Positions 15,101-27,100 of a DNA stretch of 64,000 bases are shown here, one piece after another (the first letter of the stretch is position 1; every line of letters starts with the position of its first letter). Origin of the DNA: Eledone cirrhosa (Eukaryota); NCBI GenBank assembly GCA_964016885.1, contig OZ024764.1:26350001-26414000 (forward strand), in the 5' to 3' direction. The position numbers were made by a program, and so were the translations under genes. The notes beneath the pieces are model-generated. The model saw only the letters and a list, made by a program, of their open reading frames with translations. It ran no database searches and was not told where the DNA came from.

Positions 15101-17050
15101 TATATATATATATCAGTGAAAAAGAACAAAGGAACTATTATGACATTATAACAAGTTTATTGCCGACAGCCGTTTCGTCCGACCCCATGGTGGGACTTAT
15201 CAAGGCATATAACATGTGATTGCAAGATCATTGTTTACATCAACGTATCACTCAAGGCTAGCAGTTTGAAATTGTTGTATACATCAGCAACTCCGCTTTA
15301 AGGGGGGCTCTTTTATATTAGTTGTCGGGGTCAGGGATTGAAGTTTAAAAATTAGACAAAAATATATAATTTACGCATCAACATTAAACCAAAAGACTTG
15401 GGGTCCCGCAGAAGCACCTTAGAAAATCCCTCAATGAGTGCATAAAGCTTACAGGCTCCAATAAACCTATTAGTCTAGAAGAAAATTAAGAGGCTAAGAA
15501 AATAAGAAAATAAAAATATAAAGTTTCCCTAAAAAATATATAAAGTTCCTATGAAATTTCTTCTAGAGAAAAAAAAATTTTTTCCGAAAGAAAAAAACCT
15601 TCTTCCCCCGAGATCACGTTTACAAAATTCAGAAAACTGAATTGAAAACTAGGTTGAAAGAAACTAATCAATTAGAGGTTAATTCAGAGAGCCTTCCATA
15701 AATCTCTCAGAAAAGGCCCCTTTAATATTTCCAATAGGAACTTCTTCCGAGAGACTCTTCGAAGAATTAAAATTTTAGAGAGCCTTTAAGGATAAATATA
15801 AAAATAAAAAAATAAAAAAACGAATTGAGGAAAATTAGACATTAAAAGTTAAAAATTAAAAATTACGGTATTTGGGATATCCGATGAATTTTCAAAGGGC
15901 TGCTTCAACAGATACAATAATCTAAGCAACTTAAGTAATTTAATTAGGGAGCAATTCAAGGAGTTTATCAAGTTGGGCAAGATTAAGGAAAGTGGTAACT
16001 AAGAAAATACATAAGCAAAAAGACAATAATCATAAAATGTATCTTTAAGAAGGTATAAGGTAGCTTCAGTGATCTAACCCTGTATTATCACAAAAAAACA
16101 TTCTAAAATTATTGATACAGGATTAAAAATTATTACAAAATTATTACAAAATTACCACAAAATTATCAAATCATCACAAAATTACCACAAAATCATTACA
16201 AAATTATCAAATCATCACAAAATTACCACAAAATCATTACAAAATTATCAAATTATCATAAAATTATCGCAAAATTATTACAAAATTATCATAAAATTAT
16301 TACAAAAATATAACAGGATGAACAGTACTGGTGACCTTGTGGGCGCGATATCCATTCTGCCTATGCAGTCCCCTGCACATCTCCAGGCATGATATCCACT
16401 AGGCGTAAGCAGTCATCTGCATAGCTCCAGGCGCAGCTGGTCTTGTTTAAACGTTCATAGATCACCTGGGGTTCACTATTATCTGCGTGGACTCTCTGGG
16501 AGATGTACCTGTGGATCTAATAGCCAGTGGTTGCTGGATGTGGTCCGTTCGATCCTTTAGTTTCAGGGGTTGAACGCTTTCGCGATAGACGAGCCTGCCG
16601 GTTCTAAGTCCAAGGTTTCGCCACGCATGATGTATTGGTCCACATGCTATATTGTTAAAAAACCAGTGTGGATTTGACTGGGGTGGTATATTACGAACTC
16701 CAAGTTCACACGCGACTGGTCAAAAGCAAAGGGCTGTCCTCTCTTTGTTTGCTGTATGGGTCGGTCTCAGCTTAGATGGTGGTCGTGTTATCCATATTCC
16801 GTCAGCCCTGTATATTCAAGACAGATCAGGGTATGTATTTGCGGGTATGGTCCTGCGTCTACGTTATCCAGAGGGTCTCGCTTGTGGTATTTTCAAGTTC
16901 GCATGTCATCTCCCGGTTAAGACTGCGCATGCTTCGGTGAATCTCAAGCATGGAATCTTATATATATATATACATATATATATATAATATATATGTATGT
17001 CATCATCATCATCGTTTAACGTCTATCTTCCACGCTAGCATGGGTTTAGA

Positions 17051-17112
<62 letters not shown>

Positions 17113-18048
17113 ATATATATATGTATGTATATATATATATATATGATGATGATGATGATGATGATGAATGATTATATATATATATATATATATACGTACG
17201 TTATTCCGGGTTGAATCGGAGGTAACCACAGTAAGTAAGGTACTCAATACATTGCAGAGTATAAAAGTTTTAATATAGATGAGATTCTACAGGACTAGAA
17301 CTGTTTCATTCTTTAGAAATCATCAGGATGATTTCTAAAGAATGAAACAGTTCTAGTCCTGTAGAATCTCATCTATATTAAAACTATATATATATATATG
17401 TATCATCATCATCATCATCATCATCATCAGGTTTAGCGTCCGTGTTCCACGCTTGCATGGGTTTGGACGGGGGTTTTCCCACTTGAGGCAAGAGTGGTTG
17501 TCTTGCTCGCATAGGACTGTCTGGCGGGTTTTATACAGCTGGATGCCCTTCCTAACACCAACCACATTTACAGTGTGGGGCTGGGAGGTTTTTACCGTGT
17601 TGCCTACACGGCCACATTTACAGCGTGGACTGTGTGTTTTTTTGTCGTGACACCTACACGATCTCATTTGTTTCGGCCTGGATGTTGTGGGACCAACATA
17701 ATTTTACATTGAAAGGGGCGGTGTGGATGGGGTGGAGGTGGTGGGACGTATTTAGGTAAGGCGGGTCTTCTCTATTACTGAGTACCGCCAAAGGTCTCGG
17801 TCCAGTGACATTGTCTTGGAGAGGTGTAAGCGTGTGAGGTCGGAATTTATCAGCTTGTCCCAGGTTTTTCTGGGTGTGCCTACTCCGTGGCTACCGTCTA
17901 TCTTTATTGCCCTGCACTTTGTTATACAGCTGTCGTCTTTCATGCGCATCACGTGACCGTACCAACGTAGCCTTCTCTCGAGTAAACAACATCTGATCCC
18001 TCTTATTTCTAATTTTTTCCTTAGTTCGTTTATGCTTTGCCGTTCACG

Positions 18049-18111
<63 letters not shown>

Positions 18112-21100
18112 GTATATATATACAATACATATACAATACCATAACATATATATTTCTCTCTTCTGTTTGTCTAGGAACTCCCTACTTACGACAATGTCCA
18201 GCAACTGCCTTACCTTAACATGTGTCTGGATGAAACACTAAGGATTTTTCCTGTTGCATCTTTGTATGTTTCTGTTTATTTTACTTTTATTATACAGTAC
18301 CAGTGTCTCAACATCTAACAACTGATGCAGGTAGTTCGTTCCATGGAGGTTTTAAAGGATGCAGTGTCTTGGCAGCTAACAACTGATGCAGGTAGTTTGT
18401 TCCATGGAGGTTTTAAAGGATGCAGTGTCTTGACAGCTAACAACTGATGCAGGTAGTTTGTTCCATGGAGGTTTTAAAAGATGCAGTGTCTCAACAGCTA
18501 ACAACTGATGGAGGTAGTTTGTTCCATGGAGGTTTTAAAGGATGCAGTGTCTCGACAGCTAACAACTGATGCAGGTAGTTTGTTCCATGGAGGTTTTAAA
18601 GGATGCATTGTCTCAACAACTAACAACTGATGCAGGTAGTTTGTTCCATGGAGGTTTTAAAGGATGCAGTGTCTCAACAGCTAACAACTGATGCAGGTAG
18701 TTTGTTCCATGGAGGTTTTAAAGGATGCAGTGTCTCGACAGCTAACAACTGATGCAGGTAGTTTGTTCCATGGAGGTTTTAAAGGATGCAGTGTCTTGAC
18801 AGCTAACAACTGATGCAGGTAGTTTGTTCCATGGAGGTTTTAAAGGATGCAGTGTCTCGACAGCTAACAACTGATGCAGGTAGTTTGTTTCATGGAGGTT
18901 TTAAAGGATGCAGTGTCTTGACAGCTAACAACTGATGCAGGTAGTTTGTTCCATGCAGGTTTTAAAGGATGCAGTGTCTCGACAGCTAACAACTGATGCA
19001 GGTAGTTTGTTCCATGGAGGTTTTAAAGGATGCAGTGTCTCGACAGCTAACAACTGATGCAGGTAGTTTGTTCCATGGAGGTTTTAAAGGATGCAGTGTC
19101 TTGGCAGCTAACAACTGATGCAGGTAGTTTCTTCCATGGAGGTTTTAAAAGATGCAGTGTCTCAACAGCTAACAACTGATGGAGGTAGTTTGTTCCATGG
19201 AGGTTTTAAAGGATGCAGTGTCTCAACAGCTAACAACTGATGGAGGTAGTTTGTTCCATGGAGGTTTTAAAAGATGCAGTGTCTTGATAGCTAACAACTG
19301 ATGCAGGTAGTTTGTTCCATGGAGGTTTTAAAGGATGCAGTGTCTCGACAGCTAACAACTGATGGAGGTAGTTTGTTCCATGGAGGTTTTAAAGGATGCA
19401 GTGTCTCGACAGCTAACAACTGATGCAGGTAGTTTGTTCCATGGAGGTTTTAAAGGATGCAGTGTCTCGACAGCTAACAACTGATGCAGGTAGTTTGTTC
19501 CATGGAGGTTTTAAAGGATGCAGTGTCTTGACAGCTAACAACTGATGCAGGTAGTTTGTTCCATGGAGGTTTTAAAGGATGCAGTGTCTCGACAGCTAAC
19601 AACTGATGCAGGTAGTTTGTTCCATGGAGGTTTTAAAGGATGCAGTGTCTTGACAGCTAACAACTGATGCAGGTAGTTTGTTCCATGGAGGTTTTAAAGG
19701 ATGCAGTGTCTCGACAGCTAACAACTGATGCAGGTAGTTTGTTCCATGGAGGTTTTAAAGGATGCAGTGTCTTGACAGCTAACAACTGATGCAGGTAGTT
19801 TGTTCCATGGAGGTTTTAAAAGATGCAGTGTCTCGACAGCTAACAACTGATGGAGGTAGTTTGTTCCATGGAGGTTTTAAAGGATGCAGTGTCTCAACAG
19901 CTAACAACTGATGCAGGTAGTTTGTTCCATGGAGGTTTTAAAAGATGCAGTGTCTTGATAGCTAACAGCTGATGGAGGTAGTTTGTTCCATGGAGGTTTT
20001 AAAAGATGCAGTGTCTTGATAGCTAACAGCTGATGGAGGTAGTTTGTTCCATGGAGGTTTTAAAGGATGCAGTGTCTTGACAGCTAACAACTGATGGAGG
20101 TAGTTTGTTCCATGGAGGTTTTAAAGGATGCAGTGTCTTGACAGCTAACAACTGATGCAGGTAGTTTGTTCCATGTTTCAGCAACTCTGAGTGTGAGACC
20201 ATTGTAAACTTAATACCTAGCTGCAGTAGACACCCATTTCCTTCCAGAAGATGAATCAACTCCCCGTGCATTACTGGTACTTTATTTATTGACCTTATAA
20301 GAATGAAAGGTAAATTTGAACTCAGAGTTTAGAGTTAGAACAAATACCAAGTTATTTAATTCTACGTTCTAATGACTTTACTAATTTGCAGCCTAAGTAA
20401 AATAATTTTTTTATTAATTATATTTTTAATTTATGTTAATTAATTCACTTAATTAATTTGCTATTGTTACAGACTGAATCGTGAGGCCAGTGACACGTGT
20501 GTGATTAAAGGGATAACAATCCCTGCAGGTATGAGAGTCAGGATCGCTGTTGATGCTCTTCATTATAATCCAAAATATTGGCCAGAACCTGAGAAATTTA
20601 TTCCAGAAAGGTGAGATATTAAGAGGATTCTTCCATTTATAGATGGTTTGGATGCAGACATCATCATCATCATCACCACCACCATAATCATCATCATGCT
20701 ACTTGGCACACCTTCATGTATTACAGTGCTCCCCAGTCTCAAATCCTTGGGGTCCCTCTACTTCTACTTCCTGGCACACCTCCATGTATTACAGTGCTCC
20801 CCTGTCATAAATCCTTGGGGTCCCTCTACTTCTACTTCCTGGCACACCTCCATGTATTACAGTGCTCCCCAGTCATAAATCCTTGGGGTCCCTCTACTTC
20901 TACTTCCTGGCACACCTCCATGTATTACAGTGCTCCCCAGTCACAAATCCTTGGGGTCCCTCTACTTCTACTTCCTGGCACACCCATGTATTACAGTGCT
21001 CCCCAGTCACAAATCCTTGGGGTCCCTCTACTTCTACTTCCTGGCACACCTCCATATATTACAGTGCTCCCCAGTCTCAAATCCTTGGGGTCCCTCTACT

Positions 21101-24100
21101 TCTACTTCCTGGCACACCTCCATGTATTACAGTGCTCCCCAGTCTCAAATCCTTGGGGTCCCTCTACTTCTACTTCCTGGTACACCTCCATGTATTACAG
21201 TGCTCCCCAGTCACAAACCCTTGGGGTCCCTCTACTTTTACTTCCTGGTACACCTCCATGTATTACAGTGCTCCCCAGTCTCAGATCCTTGGGGTCCCTC
21301 TACTTTTACTTCCTGGCACACCTCCATGTATTACAGTGCTCCCCAGTCACAAATCCATGGGGTCCCTCTACTTCTACTTCCTGGCACACCCATGTATCAC
21401 AGTGCTCCCCAGTCACAAATCCATGGGGTCCCTCTACTTCTACTTCCTGGCACACCCATGTATTACAGTGCTCCCCAGTCTCAAATCCTTGGGGTCCCTC
21501 TACTTCTACTTCCTGGCACACCTCCATGTATTACAGTGCTCCCCAGTCACAAACCCTTGGGGTCCCTCTACTTCTACTTCCTGGCACACCTCCATGTATT
21601 ACAGTGCTCCCCAGTCTCAAATCCTTGGGGTCCCTCTACTTCTACTTCCTGGCACACCCATGTATTACAGTGCTCCCCAGTCTCAAATCCTTGGGGTCCC
21701 TCTACTTCTACTTCCTGGCACACCTCCATCTATTACAGTGCTCCCCAGTCACAAACCCTTGGGGTCCCTCTACTTCTACTTCCTGGCACACCTCCATGTA
21801 TTACAGTGCTCCCCAGTCACAAACCCTTGGGGTCCCTCTACTTTTACTTCCTGGTACACCTCCATGTATTACAGTGCTCCCCAGTCTCAGATCCTTGGGG
21901 TCCCTCTACTTTTACTTCCTGGTACACCTCCATGTATTACAGTGCTCCCCAGTCTCAAATCCTTGGGGTCCCTCTACTTTTACTTCCTGGTACACCTCCA
22001 TGTATTACAGTGCTCCCCAGTCTCAAATCCTTGGGGTCCCTCTACTTTTACTTCCTGGTACACCTCCATGTATTACAGTGCTCCCCAGTCTCAAATCCTT
22101 GGGGTCCCTCTACTTCTACTTCCTGGTACACCTCCATGTATTACAGTGCTCCCCAGTCTCAAATCCTTGGGGTCCCTCTACTTTTACTTCCTGGTACAGC
22201 TCCATGTATTACAGTGCTCCCCAGTCTCAAATCCTTGGGGTCCCTCTACTTCTACTTCCTGGTACACCTCCATGTATTACAGTGCTCCCCAGTCTCAGAT
22301 CCTTGGGGTCCCTCTACTTTTACTTCCTGGTACACCTCCATGTATTACAGTGCTCCCCAGTCTCAAATCCTTGGGGTCCCTCTACTTTTACTTCCTGGTA
22401 CACCTCCATGTATTACAGTGTTCCCCAGTCTCAAATCCTTGGGGTCCCTCTACTTCTACTTCCTGGCACACCTCCATGTATTACAGTGCTCCCCAGTCTC
22501 AAATCCTTGGGGTCCCTCTACTTTTACTTCCTGGTACACCTCCATGTATTACAGTGCTCCCCAGTCTCAAATCCTTGGGGTCCCTCTACTTCTACTTCCT
22601 GGCACACCTCCATGTATTACAGTGCTCCCCAGTCTCAAATCCTTGGGGTCCCTCTACTTTTACTTCCTGGCACACCTCCATGTATTACAGTGCTCCCCAG
22701 TCTCAAATCCTTGGGGTCCCTCTACTTCTACTTCCTGGCACACCTCCATGTATTACAGTGCTCCCCAGTCTCAAATCCTTGGGGTCCCTCTACTTCTACT
22801 TCCTGGTACACCTCCATGTATTACAGTGCTCCCCAGTCACAAATCCTTGGGGTCCCTCTACTTCTACTTCCTGGCACACCCATGTATTACAGTGCTCCCC
22901 AGTCACAAATCCTTGGGGTCCCTCTACTTCTACTTCCTGGCACACCCATGTATTACAGTGCTCCCCAGTCACAAATCCTTGGGGTCCCTCTACTTCTACT
23001 TCCTGGCACACCCATGTATTACAGTGCTCCCCAGTCACAAATCCTTGGGGTCCCTCTACTTCTACTTCCTGGCACACCTCCATGTATTACAGTGCTCCCC
23101 AGTCACAAATCCTTGGGGTCCCTCTACTTCTACTTCCTGGCACACCCATGTATTACAGTGCTCCCCAGTCTCAAACCCTTGGGGTCCCTCTACTTCTACT
23201 TCCTGGTACACCTCCATGGATTACAGTGCTCCCCAGTCTCAAATCCTTGGGGTCCCTCTACTTCTACTTCCTGGCACACCTCCATGTATTACAGTGCTCC
23301 CCAGTCTCAAATCCTTGGGGTGATGCATGTTATGTTTTCTTTTATTTAATGTGTTCATCCATTTTGTACCCAGAGCCCGTTTGATTCTTAAAGATTGCGA
23401 AATGTGAGGTTTATTTAATTTTTCTTGGTGCTGCTTCTATTGTCTTAAGGTGGATAAATCTATTCTTGGTGGAGGCACATGGCCTAGTGGTAAGGGTGTT
23501 GGACTTACGATCTTAATGTCGTGGGTTCGATTCCTGGGTTGTGTGTTGTGTTCTTGAGCAAAACACTTCATTTCACGTTGCTCCAGTATACTCAGCTGAA
23601 AATGTGTACCAGCAATAGCTGGAGGTTTAACCCTGCGATGGACTGGTTTCCTGTCAGGGGGGAGTCTCGTACTCTCAGTCACTTCACACCATGAAACTGG
23701 GTTAAGCACCGGCCAAATAAGCCTTCTGGCTTAAGACAGACTTTAGACTTTAGAAATCTATTCTTATATTGTTTCTAAGACAGTCTGCTAATGTGTTGCT
23801 ATTTTTAGGAAGTCGAATTACCACGTAGAGACACCCCCTTGTATTGCAGTGCTCCCCTGTATCAAACCCTTGGGTCCCTCTTCTACAGATGCCTGGCACA
23901 CCTCCATGTATTACAGTGCTCCCCTGTCTCAAATCCTTGGGGTGTCCCACGGACATAGATGTCTGTTTATGAAGTTCCCTTCATAACTGTGTAGTGCCAT
24001 GTTCCATATGTCACCGAGTCACACCTTAGGCAAGTATTTCTACCATAGATTTGGGGCCAAACAATGTCGGCCTTGTCAATGATTTGGGGGGAATGGAATT

Positions 24101-27100
24101 GGTGTGGAGGGAACAACACTGCTACTGCCACCAATATTAACAGCAACAACAATAACAACACCACCACCACCAACAACACCACCACCATCAACACCACCAC
24201 CACCACCAATAACAACACCACCACCAACAACACCACCACCACCACTACCACCATCACCACCACCACCATCACCAATAACACCACCACCACCTCCATCAAC
24301 ACCACCACCACCAACAACACCACCACCACCACCACCAACAACACCACCACCACTACCGCCATCACCACCAACAACAACACCACCACCACCACCAACAACA
24401 ACACCACCACCAACAACAACACCACCACCACCAAAACCACCACCAACAACACCAACAACAACACCACCACCAACTCCATCAACACCATCATCACTACCAA
24501 CAACACTAACAACAACATCTTATGGCTATTTATAGATGTACATTTATTTTATCTCCCCAGATTCAGTGAAGAAGGCAAATCTACACAAGTGCCGTTTACC
24601 TACTTACCATTTGGTGGCGGACCCAGAACTTGTATTGGAACAAGACTGGCCAAGCTGGAGTTCAAGATAGCAGTTGTTGAAATTATTCGGAAGTTTAAAA
24701 TTCTTCCAACAGAGAAAACCGAAGTAAGTTCCATTATTTTTTTGGTGGATTGGCAGTATCGGTAGAGGGTCGGACGCCATGCTTTCCAGCATAGTTACGT
24801 CCCTTTATGATCTGAGTTCAAATCCCGCCGAGGTTGACTTTGCCTTTCATCCTTACGGGGTCGATACAATAAAGTACCAGTAATGCACTGGGTAATTTGC
24901 TGGCCTTGTGCCTAAAGTAGAAACAATTATTTTTTTTTTTTCTCATCATCATCATCATCATCATCATCGTTTAACGTCTATCTTCCACGTTAGCATGGGT
25001 TAGACAGGAGTTGTCCCACTTGAGGCAAGATTCGTTGTCTTGCTCGTATAGGACTGTCTGGTAGGTTTTCTACGGATGGATGCCCTTCCCAACACCAACC
25101 ACGTTTACAGCGTGGACTGTGTGTTTTTTTTGTCGTGACACCTACACGACCTCATTTATTTAGGACTGGATCATCATCATCATTTTATGTCCGCTTTTCC
25201 CTGCTTGCAAGGGTGGGACGGATCCTGTTCAGCACAGCATCTCTCCACTTGTCACAGGTCCTTCGTCACCTCCTCGGTGAGTTTCAGCAATCTGAGGTCT
25301 GATCTCACCACCTCCGGCCATGTTTTTCCTGGTCTTCCTCTACTGTGTCTTCCTTCTACTGGGATTTCTTGGCACTTCTTTACCCAACAGTCATCCTCCA
25401 TGTTCATCACATGTCCATACCATCACGGTCTTCTCTCCCGCACACCACAACTTATCCCTCTTATACCCAGTTTCTCTCTCAACTCATCCATGCTCGGTCG
25501 TTCACGCACATTGACATTGTACATCCAACGGAGCATGCTTGCCTCATTTCTCTCCAACCGTCGCATATCCTCTGATATATATATATTAGTGCATGTATAC
25601 ATATATCATTATCACCTACGTTTTACATCTATTTTCTATGCTAGCATGGGTTAAACAGGTTGTCCTGTTGTGGGCAATGCCAAGTCAGGTGACCATGTCT
25701 TGCTCGTACAGAACTGATTCTGGCTTGGTTTCTACAGCTGGTTGCCCTTCCTAACACCAACCTCATTTACAGTGAATACTGGGTGCTTTTTGTTGTGACA
25801 CCTACATGACCACTTTACAGTGTGGTCTTAAACTCTTCTGTTATAGCCTATAGTACAATAATAAATAGGAACAGGCTAAGAACAGAGCCCTTGTGGACGC
25901 CACCCTATACACTAAATTCCTCTCTATAGTCATTGTTAATCCTAAATTTGCTGATTGCTTCCCTATACATGGCTTGTACAGCCTTCACAAGCCACTCATC
26001 TACTCCTAGTTTTCTAAGAGCCCACCAGACTATGTCACAGGGCACTCAGTCAAAAGCTTTCTCCAAATCTACAAATGCCAGGTAGAACGGCTTTCTTTTA
26101 GCTAGGTACTTTTCCTGTACATGTCTCGCATGAAAGAGAGCACCAGTGGTACTTTTGCCTGGCACAAACCCAAACCTAATCAACTGTGCTATAACTATTT
26201 CTGTTACTTTCATGACCTGGTCCATCAGTTTTATATCTTTATAGTTTCCTCTATCTAGTGCATCTCCTTTACCCTTGTAGCAGTTGACAATGATGCTGCT
26301 GCGCCAATTATTTGGTATGATACCATCTAGTATTACTTGTTTTACTATATATATATTTATATTTAGTGGTTCACCATTGGATAGAACTGTTTAACCATGA
26401 TGTAATAGTAGGAAAAGCACTCTACATTATGTATGTTGATGTTGAATCCTGTGGTACAGGATTGGAGTTAAATATTGGTTGATTAAAACAACAGGAGGCT
26501 GGACTGATGATGTTCTTTTAAATATATATATTTTCCTTATAATAATAATTAACACTGTAAGGTGGTCATGTAGGTGTCACAACAAAAAGTGCCCAGCCCA
26601 CACTGTAAAGTGGTTGTATAGGTGTCATGACAAAAAGCATCCAACCCACACTGTAAAATGGTTGTATAGGTGTCACGACAAAAAGCACCCAGTACTCACT
26701 GTAAAGTGGTCATGTAGGTGTCACAACAAAAAGTGCCCAGCCCACACTGTAAAGTGGTTGTATAGGTGTCATGACAAAAAGCATCCAACCCACACTGTAA
26801 AATGGTTGTATAGGTGTCACGACAAAAAGCACCCAGTACTCACTGTAAAGTGGTCATGTTGGTATCATGACAAATAATACCCAGTCCACACTGTAAAGTG
26901 GTCATGTTGGTATCATGACAAATAGTACCCAGTCCACACTGTAAAGTGGTCATGTAGGTATCACGACAAAAAGCACCCAGTCCACACTGTAAAGTGGTCA
27001 TGTAGGTGTCACAACAAAAAACACCCAGTACAGACTGTAAAGTGCTTGGTGTTAGGAAAGGCATCCAGTCATTGAAACCTAGCTAGAAATAGCTCTGTAT

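Noticed and set aside
20716-23384. Three overlapping ORFs of about 800-880 aa
   Set aside because: The 68/65-bp unit lacks plus-strand stops in every frame, so this is a satellite artefact inside a CYP intron.
23470-23545. tRNA-like sequences (also at 36300, 44048 and 53761)
   Set aside because: They are SINE heads with A/B boxes running into repeat bodies; no complete cloverleaf is evident.
24064-24765. 233-aa Thr/Asn-rich ORF in frame with the heme exon (mucin-like fusion)
   Set aside because: The Thr/Asn part is an (ACC/AAC)n microsatellite. A canonical acceptor at 24560 with the correct phase explains the exon, and the frame match is plausible by chance.
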